Shown here: positions 37,151 to 50,829 of the stretch, piece by piece
Position numbering within the stretch: position 1 is the first letter of the stretch
Layout of the letters: the number at the start of each line of letters is the position of its first letter
Assembly: GCF_001194135.2 (NCBI RefSeq)
Contig: NC_068983.1
Coordinates: 28,999,027 to 29,063,026 of the forward strand
DNA from: Octopus bimaculoides
Lineage: Eukaryota
Direction: 5' to 3'
Length of the DNA: 64,000 nt
The notes under the pieces: generated by a model
Databases searched by the model: none
Told to the model about the DNA's origin: nothing
What the model saw: only the letters and a program-made list of their open reading frames with translations
Made by a program: the position numbers and the translations under genes

Positions 37151-37548
37151 GACATAACTATCTTTTTTTTTTTTCCAGATATATAATTTGATCCAATGTA
37201 TTCCTGTATAATATTTTTATAATATTATTGAAGGGAAATATGGCTATTTCTAGCAGATCTAGTAATCATGTACAAGCTCCTTTGCTGACTCATGCTATAC
37301 GACAGCCAGTAATTACAGTTGGCGTTAAATAATCAAAATTGTTTTGCTGGCATCCTATATCATCTCATGTCAAGAACAAACATCACCTAAATTTACAATA
37401 TCGTTAGATTAGCACTTTGGGGGTGACAAATATTTCACACATTTTTTTTTCTTATTTTATGTTATTCTGTTCCACATCCTAGAAATATAATTGAAACCAC
37501 TCATTCACCACAGACCATTAAGCTACTCATCCATTTCTGGAAGGTAGG

Positions 37549-37579
<31 letters not shown>

Positions 37580-39552
37580 CACGCGCATGCGTGTATGTGT
37601 GTGTGTCTCTCTCTCTCATTATTTTCTGTTATCAGGTAATATTGGATAAGAGCAGAGCAACATCAGTGATAGGATATAAACTAATAAATCTAGAGCAGAA
37701 AGGCTAAGACATAATCCATTCAAGTGTTGAGATTTCTCAATCAATAAGTAAACTGCTGATATCATAAATGACTGATGGATTCCAAAATAGTATTAAGTGC
37801 TCTCTCCAAGCTCTCGTTTCTAAAACACCGAGAAAGTTTCACTTTAAGAAGTTACATAATTCACATCCCAATAGGATTTTGAATGTTTCTCTTTGTTCAT
37901 TTTAGTTGTAGATTCGTCTGTTATCAGCAAGTTTTATTGAAATGTATTCTTTGTTTGTCTGCGTGTGATATAATTGCTCCCTTGGGTTGGCTGAAAGTCA
38001 ATATGGTTATCTGGTGTTAATGAAACCCATTCTGGGAATTTCACCACATGGAAAAGTAATGGAATATTTAATAACTTTGACAAGAAAATAGGTGTGAACA
38101 TTACTGTCCTCTGAAACAAGTGATTTTGCTGTTAAAATGATAAAAAGGTGTCAGATGAACTAAGCAAGCGGCTGAAAAATCACGGAATAAAATAATCGAT
38201 CTATTGAGAAAGCATTCAACATATGAGTTTAGTAATTTGAAATTCAGTTTGTACCAGCCCCAAAGGAAACTTTTGTAGTCATTGATAAAAGCTAGTCTTA
38301 ATGTGAGAGGATTGAAACAAACACAATGCATGAGTGTTAAAAGTCTCTTAATCTTTTTCTTATGTTCAACAACCTAAAACTGTAAACTTCTGCAAGTCTT
38401 CATACATATGCTTACTCAAGCAGTTTTTATAAGAAGAGCAACATAAGATGTTTATGATAGGATTTAAGTATGAAAACTTAATGAAAACCAAATAGACGGT
38501 GAACTGACAAGAGTCATTAGAGTGTTGGATAGATTGCCTCTTGGTATATGTATTTATACTAATCTTCTGTGTCTGAATTCAAATCCTACTGAGGTCAAAT
38601 TTACCTTTATTATTTTGTAAGCAGTTGAAAAGTACCAAACCAGGGGCAACGAATTAATGAAACAGTTAGCGGGTTGGGAAAGATGTCTTGTGGTGTCTGT
38701 TGCAGCTCTTTACATTCTGTCAGCAATGATTACAATGATGCTGGTGCCAAACTGTATCAGCCTAAGTTAGCAGTCTTTTCTTTAAATAAATACCAATGAT
38801 CTGGAGTAGGGACACTTACATATGCATGGACAACTGCCAGTCTTCTTCAAAATATCTTGCACAGACCTGCCACATACATGTATAGATGTATGATCAACCT
38901 TGACTAACAGAACTCTACTGCAATAGTGAACACCAGTAAGAACCCATGCCTGCATGGAAAACAGGCATTAAAGGACGATGATGATTATATATATATGTGT
39001 GTGTGTGTGTATGTGTGTGTTCATATAATGATATCTACCAAATGTATTGGTAAGATAAAACATGCAATTGTTACCAAAATAGCAAAAATCCTGAGGATGT
39101 GTAAGGTAATTTATTTAACTTAAATTAAGAGTTAAATTGGACCTTATACAGAAATGTTTACATAGGTAATAAACTTTAATATATATATGGATTTAGCATC
39201 AAAGCTCTTATTTAAATTTTAAATTTTATATATATGTGTGTGTGTGTGTGTGTATGTATATATACATTTGAGAGAGAAAGAGAGGGAGAGGGGGGAGAGA
39301 GAGAGTTGTATCATCATCATCATCATCATCATCATCACCATTTAGTGTCTGTATTCCAAGCTGGCAAGAGTTGTATACTCTGAGAAGCCTGAAGGCTGCA
39401 TTGGTCTCCAGTGTCTAGTTTGGTAAGGTTTCTAAGGATGGATGCCCTCCCTAACACTAACCACTTCACAGAGCATACTGGGTGAATTTTTCAATACATC
39501 AGCACTAGTGAAGACACTAAGTAACTCTCCCAAGGGCCAAGAACATGTGCCT

Positions 39553-39662
39553 TACTGTAGAGAAGATACGAGGGTACTGTAGAGAAGATACAAGGGTACT
39601 GTAGAGAAGATACAAGGGTACTGTAGAGAAGATACAATGGTACTGTAGAGAAGATACAAGGG
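39553..39662. repeat. 22-bp minisatellite (CTGTAGAGAAGATACAAGGGTA) x5
   Basis: Period 22 read directly. Confidence 0.93.
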
Positions 39663-39734
39663 AAATAGGATGGTGGGAGATCTGGTCTTCAAACTAAACA
39701 CAATACCATATGGTCAGGCAAGCATGGTTCTTAA

Positions 39735-39921
39735 CCCTGTAGCATTTAAACCACTCAAGTATTCTACCTATTTTATGTTGAAATTGGCTAGATCTGGCCT
39801 CTCACACCTACCTTACAACATCATTCTAATTCTTAAAGCTAAGAGATAATGTATGATTAATTGAAAATAATGTGAATAGATGAGCATTACATTTGACAGA
39901 AAGAACTTGATCGCTAAAGGG
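39735..39921. mobile_element. piggyBac-type MITE
   Basis: TTAA|CCCTGTAGCA ... CGCTAAAGGG|TTAA: TTAA target duplication and short TIRs starting CCC. Confidence 0.65.
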
Positions 39922-40223
39922 TTAAACAAAACCCATCCTAATTATGAAAATGTGTGTAAAACTATAGCACTTGAAAATATTTAACAAATAGACAATTCAA
40001 AAATACAAATCTAATCATCTGTAAACCTCTTTAATTATGCAAGTAAACAATACATTTGAACGTCTAATTATAAAAAGCCACAAAATAATTTATATAACTT
40101 TCTGTTAATGCTTCATCAGTAGAACTTAGAACATAAAAACACAGGTTTGTATTGTGAACATTGAGTTTATAAACAAATCCCAGTGGCTCTCAGAAAACAC
40201 ACAATCAAAGACAAAGTATCCAT

Positions 40224-40257
<34 letters not shown>

Positions 40258-40597
40258 TTACCACAAGATATTTGCTTTTTACTTTGATCCTGTGTGTCAA
40301 GAGTAATTTGAATTTATTGAATTAATCTTCAGAAAAATAAATTTGTGTATTTCTTTTACTTTTACTTGTTTTAGTCATTATATTTCAGCCATGCTGGAGC
40401 AATGCATTGAAGAATTTTAGTCAAATGAATCAATGCCAGTAGTTATTTCTTTAAGCCTGGTACTTATTCAGTCAGTTCATTTCGCTGAACTGCTAAGTTA
40501 CAAGGATTTAAATGTACCAACATCAACTGTCGAGCAATGGTAGAAAACAAACATACACATACATACACTCACACACACACACACAAACACACAAACA

Positions 40598-40672
<75 letters not shown>

Positions 40673-41002
40673 TTGACAAAAACAAAAAATAGAACAATCC
40701 AGCATGGTCAATTGTCAGAATTATAAGATTGTCAACCAATATGCCTGGAGGTATTTGTTCCACTCGTTATGTTCGGATTTCAAATCCTATCATTGCCAAC
40801 TGAAGGTGCTGGACTTAATCCATCACCCAGCTTAACACCACCATCTGCCACCCTAGGTGCTTTTAGTCCAATCTGTTGCAAGCATTCAGATAAGATTTTT
40901 TTGTCCATGGATGATTTCCTCTGTTCCTCTGGCCAATCTCAAAAGTACCCATGATCCCTCACAGGGTCATTTGTGCAACATTCTCTCCTAACTAACAGTC
41001 AC

Positions 41003-41410
41003 TCTTTTACTTTTTTACTCTTTTATTTGTTTCAGTCATTTGACTGTGGCCATGCTGGAGCACCACCTTTAGTCAAGCAAATCGACCCCAGGACTTATTC
41101 TTTGTAAGCCTAGTACTTATTCTATCGGTCTCTCTTGCCGAACCGCTAAGTTACGGGGACGTAAACACACCAGCTTCAGTTGTCAAACGATGTTGGGGGG
41201 ACAAACACAGACACACAAACACATACACACACACATATATATACATATATACGACGGGCTTCTTTCAGTTTCCGCCTACCAAATCCACTCACAAGGCTTT
41301 GGTCAGCCCGAGGCTATAGTAGAAGACACTTGCCCAATGTGCCACACAGTGGGACTGAACCCGGAGCCATGTGGTTTGCAAGCAAGCTACTTACCACACA
41401 GCCACTCCTA
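41003..41410 (-). mobile_element. Full-length young SINE-A
   Basis: Near consensus over its whole length. Confidence 0.95.
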
Positions 41411-41459
41411 CTTATTATGTCACCAGTTATTTTAAAAAAATGAAATGTGTGTGTTTGTA

Positions 41460-41674
41460 TGAAGAGGCGCTGAAAAGTTCCTGGTTTTGAGTAAAAGAAA
41501 ATATAGGAGGATCAGTTAATTATGATTTTATTCAACATATTCCCCTCTCAGGTTCACACTTATTGCAGCAGTCCTTCAGTTTTTCTAAGCCTTGTAAAAG
41601 AATTCAGAAGGTCGGATGTCCAACCAGGCCTTTCACAATAACCTTAAAGCCAGGAACTTTTCTGCACCCCCTCA
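41460..41674. mobile_element. Mariner-type MITE (215 bp)
   Basis: TA|TGAAGAGGCGCTGAAAAGTTCCTGGTTT ... AAAGCCAGGAACTTTTCTGCACCCCCTCA|TA; about 28-bp imperfect TIRs, TA TSD. Confidence 0.85.
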
Positions 41675-42636
41675 TATGTGTGTGTGTGTGTGTCTTTGTG
41701 TTTATCCATGCTTCACTTAACAGCTAGTATTGGTTTCTGTAACTTAGTGGTCTGACAACAGAGTAGAACAGGATAAGTACTGGACTTAAAATAAATAAGT
41801 ACTAATGTCGATTTTTTTCAGCTAAACCCTTCAAGGTGGGGGCCCAGCATGGCCACAATCATATGACTGAAATAAATAAAAGATAATAGATAAAAGTGAA
41901 CATTAAATATAAGAATAAAAGATTATATCGTTGAAATGTTAAAATCTGAGACTGCACAAATTAGATCTAAATGTATGGAACCTTGCAGATATTTTTCCAA
42001 ACATAGAAAAAAACATAATCAAAAGAAAATATTTCATAAAAAAATCTTAATTAATTAAAGATAATTTCCAAAAGTACATAATTGCTGAATACTGGATTGA
42101 AAAATAAAAATTAATAAATAAACAGTTTTTCAAAAAAAAATCCAATATTACAAAGAACCATTCTGCAGCAGTAACATAATTCAAGAGGAAATATGGAATA
42201 TTATATTTATTTGGTCAATATTGTAAAAGCCATAATCTGTATAAATTATAGAATGTTGATTCTTTCTTTCATTTTCTTTTTTTTTTTTTTTTTCATTTTT
42301 TAATGTTGTTCTTTAATCAAAATCTGTCATTGATAGCTAAAGATAGCCCTTATTAACATTATTGATTTTTGTTAGTTATTGTTCTTTTTCTTGTTTAGCC
42401 TAGCAGTCCTTAAACTGACAAATACCAGGAACCCTATTCAACCAAAAATTATTGGTGAAATTTCCTCTACATCACCATCTTTAAAAATAGTTTCGAATTT
42501 TGACAAAAGGCTAGTAATTTTACTGGGAGGGTGTAAGTTCGATTACAATGACCTCTCATTGCTCAACAGGGACTTATTTTATTGACCCAGAAAGAATGAA
42601 AGGTAAAGTTAACCTCAGCAGAATTTGAAATCAGAA

Positions 42637-42869
42637 AGGTGGCGAGCTGGCAGAAACGTCAGCATACTGGGCGAAATGCTTAGCAGTATTTCATCTGCCG
42701 CTACGTTCTGAGTTCAAATTCCACCGAGGTCGACTTTGCCTTTCATCCTTTCGGGGTCGATTAAATAAGTACCAGTTACACACTGGGGTCGATGTAATTG
42801 ACGTAATCCCTTTGTCTTTCCTTGTTTGTCCCTTCTATGTTTAGCCCCTTGTGGACAATAAAGAAATAA
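42637..42869 (+). mobile_element. Full-length young SINE-C with 16-bp TSD, inside an older antisense SINE-C
   Basis: TSD GAATTTGAAAT(C/T)AGAA at 42621-42636 and 42870-42885. Confidence 0.92.
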
Positions 42870-43313
42870 GAATTTGAAATTAGAATGTAAAATACTGGAA
42901 GAAATTCCATTAGGAATATTGTCTATCATGCTAACGATTCTACTTAATGCTAATGATTCGGCTTACCCCCACCTTTACCATATAATTCTTTTTTCTTTGC
43001 CATGGTGTTGGTAAGTTTAAAATTTTTGAAACCATCTTACTTTTATTAAACATAGCAATTTGTCCACCCTGTTTGTCAATTCTCCAACCCCCATGATGAT
43101 GATGATGATGTGTGTGTGTGTGAGACCACCACTTCACAACTGGTGTTGGTGTGTTCATGTCCCCATAACTTAGCAGTTCAGCAAAAAGGGACCGATAGAA
43201 TAAGTACATGGCTTATAAAAAAATAAGCACTACGGTTGATTCATTTGACTGAAAATTCTTCAAAGCAGTGCCCCAGCTTGGCTACAGTCTAATGTGTGAA
43301 ACAAGTAAAAGAT

Positions 43314-43353
<40 letters not shown>

Positions 43354-43609
43354 GTGGTTGGATCTTCCTTTTGTGAAATTAAAACAAAATGGACAGAAAT
43401 CAGAATTGGTATTTTGTCATTTAAATCTTTTTTCACCCTGTACTACCTGGCAGGTTTGTAATTGATTTACAAATTAATGACTTCTGTAGAGAAAACTAAA
43501 AACTATATAGCGAGTGTTTTTACTGTGTTTATAAATAAGCAACATAGCACTAAATTGTTATAGTGTATGTAGAGAGCGCAGAATCACCATTTGATTCTAA
43601 TATTAATTG

Positions 43610-44030
43610 AGTCAACAAGACATTCTGAGCTGTGATGAGCTTCAGGCATTTGCCATATTCTGAACACCTTACTTCCCTGGGTATGGATACATTGAAACTC
43701 CGACGTCTGGTAGCTGACTTGGCAGACACCCATAAAATTATTAACCATCTTACTAACAATAACTCTGAGCACCTTTTCAAATTCCACCTGTCTAACACCT
43801 GTGGACATGTTTACAATGTCAGAAAACAGCACAGCTCCAATGACTTTCGGAAATGACTTTTTCACGCTAAGAGTTGCTGAAGTATGGAACAAACTGTCAG
43901 CATCAGTTGTTAGTTGTCGGAGCACTGTATCCTTCAAAACTCCCATGCTTCCTGAGATTCGCCAACACTACACCTGATTTTCTCCCCTCCATACACACAC
44001 AAGCATGTATCTAACTCATACACTGTTTAC
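43610..44030 (+). mobile_element. CR1-type LINE 3' fragment (RT C-terminal region plus UTR)
   Basis: RHLPYSEHLTSLGMDTLKLRRLVADL...T(C)GH...FFTLRVAEVWNKL...SFK fits the CR1 motif YxERLxxLxLxxLxxRR...TRGH...FFxxRVVxxWNxLP. Confidence 0.88.
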
Positions 44031-44879
44031 ATTTCCATCTACCAAATCCACTTACTCACAAGGTTTTGTTCGGCCCAAGGCTACAGTAGAAGACACTTGC
44101 TCAAGGTGCCATGCAGTGGGACTGAACCAGGAACCATGTGGTTGGGAAGGAAGCTTCTTACCATGCAACCACTCCTGCACCTAATAATCAAATTTTTTAA
44201 ATAACAAAATAATCTGGAATGAATAACCAAAATATATTTTGCAATATTAAGTAAATGTTTGAAACACAATTTAATATAACTTTCTTACATAAATTTATGA
44301 TGGCATATTTTAATTTAAATCTTTACACTTCAAGACAGATAGTTTGTATCCTAAGACCCAAGGCAATCTCAGGCGGCTGAGTTTCAAAGGGTTAATAGAA
44401 TACCATATCCAAGACAAGATATTCCAGAAAAAGATGCAAGTATTACATAATACCTTCAAGTCTGCAATGATTAGAAGCTTGTATTATATATTTAGAGTAA
44501 GTTAATTTATAAAATTTCCAAATTTATCTAATTAATTAACAGTACAATAATTAATAGAATTAAGAAACTTCAAAGATAAACTTCACTAAAACTATACAAG
44601 AGTCTCTGACATTTAATTACCATCAATTGTAATCACAATCACCCTTATGAATCAAACTTAAGCACTATGAGTGTTATTCCATAGCCAACAACTATAAAAT
44701 TTGACATAACCATATTCCTTTATTCAAGTTATGAGTGGCAAATTATTTCCAATATTTGCAATGTATACATTGTCACTATTGATGATCCCTCAGGATAAAC
44801 AATGATTCTCTACCAGCTGTAACTTCTGTGGACCTACCTTTGACTTTAAAAGCTAATATGGGATCCACAAGTCCAGCAG

Positions 44880-45420
44880 AACACTGAGCATTTGTTTCCT
44901 CACAAGAAGTGCTGTGTTGGTCACTTTGACATATTGGTTATGTTCATGCATATCATTGAGATGTTTGGTTTATGCAGTGTTGAAGTATTAGGCTCCATTT
45001 GTGTCAGTCATTTGCCAACAATTCCCATTTAGACATATGGATGCCACAGTTTTTTTCTAATTTCCTTTAAGTGCATCTTTAAAACGGCTTCCTTTGTCCC
45101 TCCTCACATGCACTTTCCATCATTCAGCTGGGAATAAAAGTTGTTAAGTAATTTACAGTTCAGTATTCATATGACAGAATCAACCATCATAGCTGATATC
45201 ACAAAATCATGGTTTAACTGTAGAAGATACTGGCTCGTTCAAGTATACTGACATTTTTTCTACCTATTATGTCACTAGATATGCCTGATTTTCTTCAGAC
45301 AGCTCTAGTGATATATTTCCAGAAGGTGTAGCATCTAACTTGTCCAAGTTTCAGCACCATGTAGGAGAGTGAATATAACTATTATCTAATACACCATAGG
45401 TTTGGCCAGTTATCTGCAAT
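44880..45420 (-). mobile_element. Decayed RTE LINE fragment
   Basis: Frameshifted remnants NVSILERAS, GK...GG.RK.FKDALK...CGIHMSKWELLAND resemble the RTE post-RT region. Confidence 0.65.
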
Positions 45421-45447
45421 CATGATTCTCACATACTTGTCTCTTAA

Positions 45448-45737
45448 CCCATTGCCTCCCATAATTCTATTAACTGGAATTTTTTTATGAAACTTTGATT
45501 TCTAGCATAAAACAGCCTTAGAAACACGCTGGAATGATCAAAATAACATTTCAAAATAACATTCTAAATAGAAATAAGCAAGATGTTGGGTGAAAAATTA
45601 GCAAACCTCATTTGAAAATCAGAGAAATATACCTAGTAGATATAGCAAAAAGGTTAGATATGTGTAAATATTGACAGATAATTACGAAATTTGTAATTTT
45701 TAAGTGATCTCATATGTGATCACTGGTAGGTAATGGG
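45448..45737. mobile_element. piggyBac-type MITE (290 bp)
   Basis: TTAA|CCCATTGCCTCCCA ... TGGTAGGTAATGGG|TTAA. Confidence 0.72.
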
Positions 45738-46840
45738 TTAAAATAACCAAAGGTTACAGACACATTTTATTTTATTCGGTGATGGGTCTCCTCATCGATA
45801 TGTGCATTCTGTGAAAGGCAACAAACACCATTAATATTAACCTGTACAATTAAGCTACAAAAGAATATTTTAGATATTGGTTTCAAATTTTAGCACAAGG
45901 CCAGCAATTTCGGGGGTGGAGGTAAATCAGTTACATCAACCCCAGTGCTCTACTGGTACTTATCTTACCGACCCCAAAAGGATGAAAAGCAAAGTCAACC
46001 TCAGTGGAATTTGAACTCAAAATGTAAAGACAACAAAATACCACTAAACATTTAACCAGATGTGTTAATGATTCTACCAGTTCACACCTTAAGAATATTT
46101 TGAATATTAGAAATATTCAGCAAAACTTCAATCATACTCATTTTATTGATGTTAAGTACTACTCAGCCAGGGTTCTATATGGCAAAACAGTTTGGTTTGT
46201 AACTACACAGTTTTTGGTTTAATCCTACAACAAGATATCTTGGACTAACACCTTGGACTAATATCATAGTCTCAGGCCTGTAATCTCTGAGTTGTGTATT
46301 TGTGTACACACACATACATTTTACAACTGGGAAAAGTAAAAACAATGTGTACACACAGATATTTTATTAATTAAAAAAATTTGAAAAATGATTACTTGCA
46401 TATGTGTGCAATATTTTATAAAGAAAGACGATTTACCCCACATGCAAATTTCTGTGCACACCCACAGCACAAAGATATAGTGAACATCACCTGTGAGTAA
46501 CATCTGTTCTTGGGCAGTAGATGTAATATATTACCCAGTTTAACACCATCATCTGGGCCATGGATGTCATTGCGATGTATATTCAGGAATAAGCATTTTA
46601 CCACATCTCCTATCTAAGTATCACTTCTTACCCCCTTTTCCACAATTCTTGGAAACCATAAAAGGGTCTCAGGCATTGTCCTTCCTCTTCTATGTGGTTA
46701 AGTTCACTTTACAACCATATGGTTTTGGATTGAGTCCCACTGTGTGACACTTTGGGCAAGTGTCTTCTAAGAGAATCTTGGGCTGACCAATGCCTTGTGA
46801 GTGAGTATAGTAGACAGAAACAGTGTAGAAGCTTATCATT

Positions 46841-47005
46841 ATAGGTGCAGGAGTGGCTGTGTGGTAAGTAGCTTGCTTACCAACTACATGGTTCTGGGTT
46901 CAGTCCCACTGCGTAGCACCTTGGGCAAGTGTCTTCTACTATAGCCTCGGGCTGACCAATGCCTTGTGAGTGGATTTGGTAGACAGAAACTGAAAGAAGC
47001 CCGTC

Positions 47006-47061
<56 letters not shown>

Positions 47062-47340
47062 CCAACCCATGCTAGCATGGAAAGCGGACGTTAAACGATG
47101 ATGATGATGATATATGTACACATATGTTTGTGTGTCTGTGTTTGTCCCCCCATCATCGCTTGACAACCGATGCTGGTGTATTTACGTTCGCGACACTTAG
47201 CGGTTCAGCAAGAGTGATCGATAAAATAAGTACTAGGCTTACAAAGAATAAGTCCTGGGGTCGATTTGCTTGACTAAAGGTGGTGCTCCAGTATGGCCAC
47301 AGTCAAATGACTGAAACAAATAAAAGAATAAAAGAATTCA
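46841..47340 (+). mobile_element. Full-length SINE-A with a 52-bp RTE tail inserted in its microsatellite
   Basis: 47059-47110 = TGTCCAACCCATGCTAGCATGGAAAGCGGACGTTAAACGATGATGATGATGA. Confidence 0.92.
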
Positions 47341-48322
47341 TACATGCTTGCATGTGTGTATGGATGTATGAATGTATGTCATGTTTTTGTTCCCCATCAC
47401 TGCTCGACCACCAGTGTTTGTTTGTTTATGCCACCAGAATTTAGCAGTTCAACAAAGAGAAGTATTAGACTTAAAAATCGTATTAGACTTTTAAAAAGTA
47501 CTGAGGACGATTTGTTCAACTATCTATCTTAAAGGTGGTGCCCTAGCATGGCCACAGTCCAGTGACTGAAGCAAATAAAAGATAAAAAAGATAAAAGAAA
47601 TGATAATGAGCAATCTATCGACAATTTCATAGATTAATGAACCAAAGTTGACAATTCCAAATAAAGTATTTTACTTTATAACAAGCCAAGCCAAACGCCA
47701 AACCAGTATGCAAAGCCCATATCTTGTGATTTAATATATAAGATCTCTTCAGCAATTCTTGATTCAATATTCAAGACTTGAAAGTGTTAATCCAATACAT
47801 AAAATCTATATTCACTGTTATATGAGATCTATTACAATGTAATTAATGAGTTACATTTAAGTTCTGTGACTTGCGAAATGTTCTCAGAATTTATTAAGTA
47901 TTTTTTTTTTAATAAAATAGCAGTAATTACATATTCAGGTACAAATTTTTCTTCAAATTAAATTTTCTAAAGAAAAATTTTAAATCTGATTCCAAACAAA
48001 AAAGTTTTATTATAAACGATATATTCTGAACAATCTATCTCATTCTATGTAATATCCTACTAAATATAATACCTTCTCACAAACAAAATATCTTAGTATA
48101 TCTATGTGGTTAAGTAGTTTGACAACATATTGAGCAAATATTTTTTATCAAAACTTCAAGCTGGCCAATGCCTTGTAAATACAATTTGCTAGAAGACTGA
48201 CTGGCACTGTGTCAATTACAAGGACAAGGGTTCAAGTTGATCTGATCAATGGGACAGCCTTCTCGTGAGATTAACATACAAGTGGTTGAGCATTCCACAG
48301 ACATATACATACTCTTCATGTA

Positions 48323-49606
48323 TGAGGCTAAGTAAAAACTAAGCAACGTTTTGAAACATGAAATTCACCACAATATATTTCAACTAATCGGAAATTTTAT
48401 TCATTAAAGTAAGTACCATTACAATCAACACATTTTTACCAACGAGTTACAAGTTTGTTTATTCCGGTAACATAAAAACCTGGAGTTCTGGAGCTGATGA
48501 ACTCTTTGAATGTACTTTCAGCATCAGTTTGATTTTTGAACTTCTCTCACAGGAAGCCATCAAGGTGCTTGAAAAAGTGGTAGTCAGTGGGAGAAAGGTC
48601 TGGGGAATAAGCTGGATGGGGAAGAACTTCGTAGCCAAGTTCCCTCAACTTCTGGAGTGTCATTAGTGAAACGTGTGGTCAAGCATTGTCATGAAGAATA
48701 ATTGGCCCTCTTCTATTGACCAGTCTGGGATGGAGGAGTAGCAGTTTTTCATTCATTTTGGCATTTTTATGGCAATATGTTTCAGAAGTAATGTTTTTTC
48801 TGGGTTTTAAGAAGTTATAGTGGATGAATCCAGCAGTACACCACCAAACAGTCACCATAACCTTCTTTTTGAAGAGCTTGGGTTTAGGGAAGGTCTCTGA
48901 TGCTTCATTTTGGTGTAACCACAGCAAAGAACGATTTTTTTTTTATTATACAGAATCCACTTTTCATTACAAGTTACAAAACGGACGAGAAATGGATTGC
49001 TCTGGTTATGGAGAAGAAGCGACGAGCATATTTCATATCTGCACATTTTCTGATTTTCATTCAAATAGTGTGGTACCCATTTGTCGAGCTTTTTTGATTT
49101 TCCAATCACATGCAAATGGTTGCAGGCAGTTTTCTGGCTAACTTGAAGTTCTTTTATCAGTTCTTGAGTGGTTTTACATGGATCTTTCTCAACAACGGTC
49201 TTTAATTGACTGTCATTGATGACAGATGGGTGTCCACTATGCTCACGATCTTCAAGGCTCAGGTCTCCACTGTGAAATCATTTAAACCATTTTCAAGCTG
49301 ATTACTTACTGGTCATTTTCTCACCAAATGTTTTGTTGATATCGCAACCAGTTTCAGCTGTTTTATGTCCTCTTCTGAAGTTGAATAGCAAAATTACTCA
49401 TATATCATACTTTGACAGTTCCATTTCAAATAGTTGTAACAATGGTGAAAAAAATATCAATGTTAATTTATTGATGCATTTGGGAAAGTCTATGTCTGTA
49501 TTATCAGACAATTGCAAAAAAAATGTTTAAAAAATTCAGAACTCTGCATAAATCCAGTACAAATTGTTCATAGTTCAAAATGTCCCTTACTTTTTACACA
49601 ACCTGA
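48323..49606 (-). mobile_element. Full-length mariner transposon (1284 bp), Hsmar1/cecropia-like, inactive
   Basis: About 33-bp imperfect TIRs (TGAGGCTAAGTAAAAACTAAGC / TCAGGTTGTGTAAAAAGTAAGG), TA TSD at 48321-22 and 49607-08; WVPH, HDNA and YSPDLSPTDY motifs. Confidence 0.96.
48397..49424 (-). pseudogene. DD34D mariner transposase pseudogene
   Basis: MELSKYDI*VILLFNFRRGHKTAET...KLDKWVPH...VTCNEKW (first catalytic D to N)...KKVMVTVWW...HDNA...KCVDCNGTYFNE*; stops and frameshifts. Confidence 0.93.
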
Positions 49607-50737
49607 TAGTTTTCAGAGATTCAGCACAACACAAGATGAGACAAGGCTGACCTTTTGAAGTACAGATGCTACTCATTTTTACCAGCTGAGTGGACCGGAG
49701 CAACACAGAATAAAGTGTCTTGCTCAAGAATACAACACATCACTGGGTACTGAGCTCACAACCTTTCAATTGCAAACCAAATACCCTAAACACTAAGCCA
49801 CATGCTTTCACCATTTGCTAGATAGAACCCGTATAGCCTCATGCGCGTATGCGTATAACTTTTAATTGGCAGAAAGTTACAAAAGTGCCTCAAGAGCTAA
49901 GAGTTTTGTGCATGGTACTTATTAAACTGCCTTCAAATCTGGGAGTTTGCTTCTTTATATAGAATGAAATGCAATTATTTCCAGAGAATTCACTTAGAAA
50001 TTGAATTTAAAAGTTATGTAAAAAATGTGTATCTTTCAAATAGTCAGCTTGGCAAGCAGTAAAAATGAAAAGAAAACACACACATATATTACATATGGTA
50101 TTACCTATATACATAAGCTATTGCCCATAGACACACACACACACACATACACAAATATACAATACATATACTTGCACTATTATAGTGTGTGTGAGAGAGA
50201 GACAGACAGACAGCATATTTTCAGACAATGGATTACAACAATACTGAGGTACTCCAGTCAAGGGTTTGAATGACTTGTTTTTCTTTATTTTTTTTACTGC
50301 TTAACTGGCAGGCTATGTGAAAAAAATACAGATATTTCCTGTGGTCTAAATTAATTTTTAAACTTATATTCCAGCAAAAATTGTAATTATTTCAGTATAA
50401 AGAAGTAAATTCAGTTTGACAAGTGTCATGCTCAAAACTCAGAATCACATTATGATGTTCCCACATCATCTCAATCCCCACAGCTAAATGACTTTCAAAT
50501 AAATAACTGAAGAGTTATCTACAATACATATATTTCATATATATATATATAACAAACTACATGTGACAACAAAGGAGGTAAACCTCAACATCAGTGGAAA
50601 TAGAGAACTATATTGATTGTTTAATACAGATGTGGAGACTTACTTACTGATCTTTAAGTTTCTATGTCAACAATTCAATGATCATTGTATGCCTTCAGCT
50701 GTGCAAGTCCAGTGCATATGGCACCATCAATTACATT

Positions 50738-50777
<40 letters not shown>

Positions 50778-50829
50778 GTGGGGACTCCTCACAGGTAAGG
50801 AACATAAATACAAATTCTTCTGAATGGGA

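Noticed and set aside
37912-38090. Selenocysteine read-through (FVCV-TGA-YNC)
   Set aside because: A single TGA in a short open frame is expected by chance; no SECIS or selenoprotein motif recognised.
40780-40990. LINE endonuclease remnant (GIMGTFEIGQRN)
   Set aside because: Too short and degenerate to distinguish from chance.
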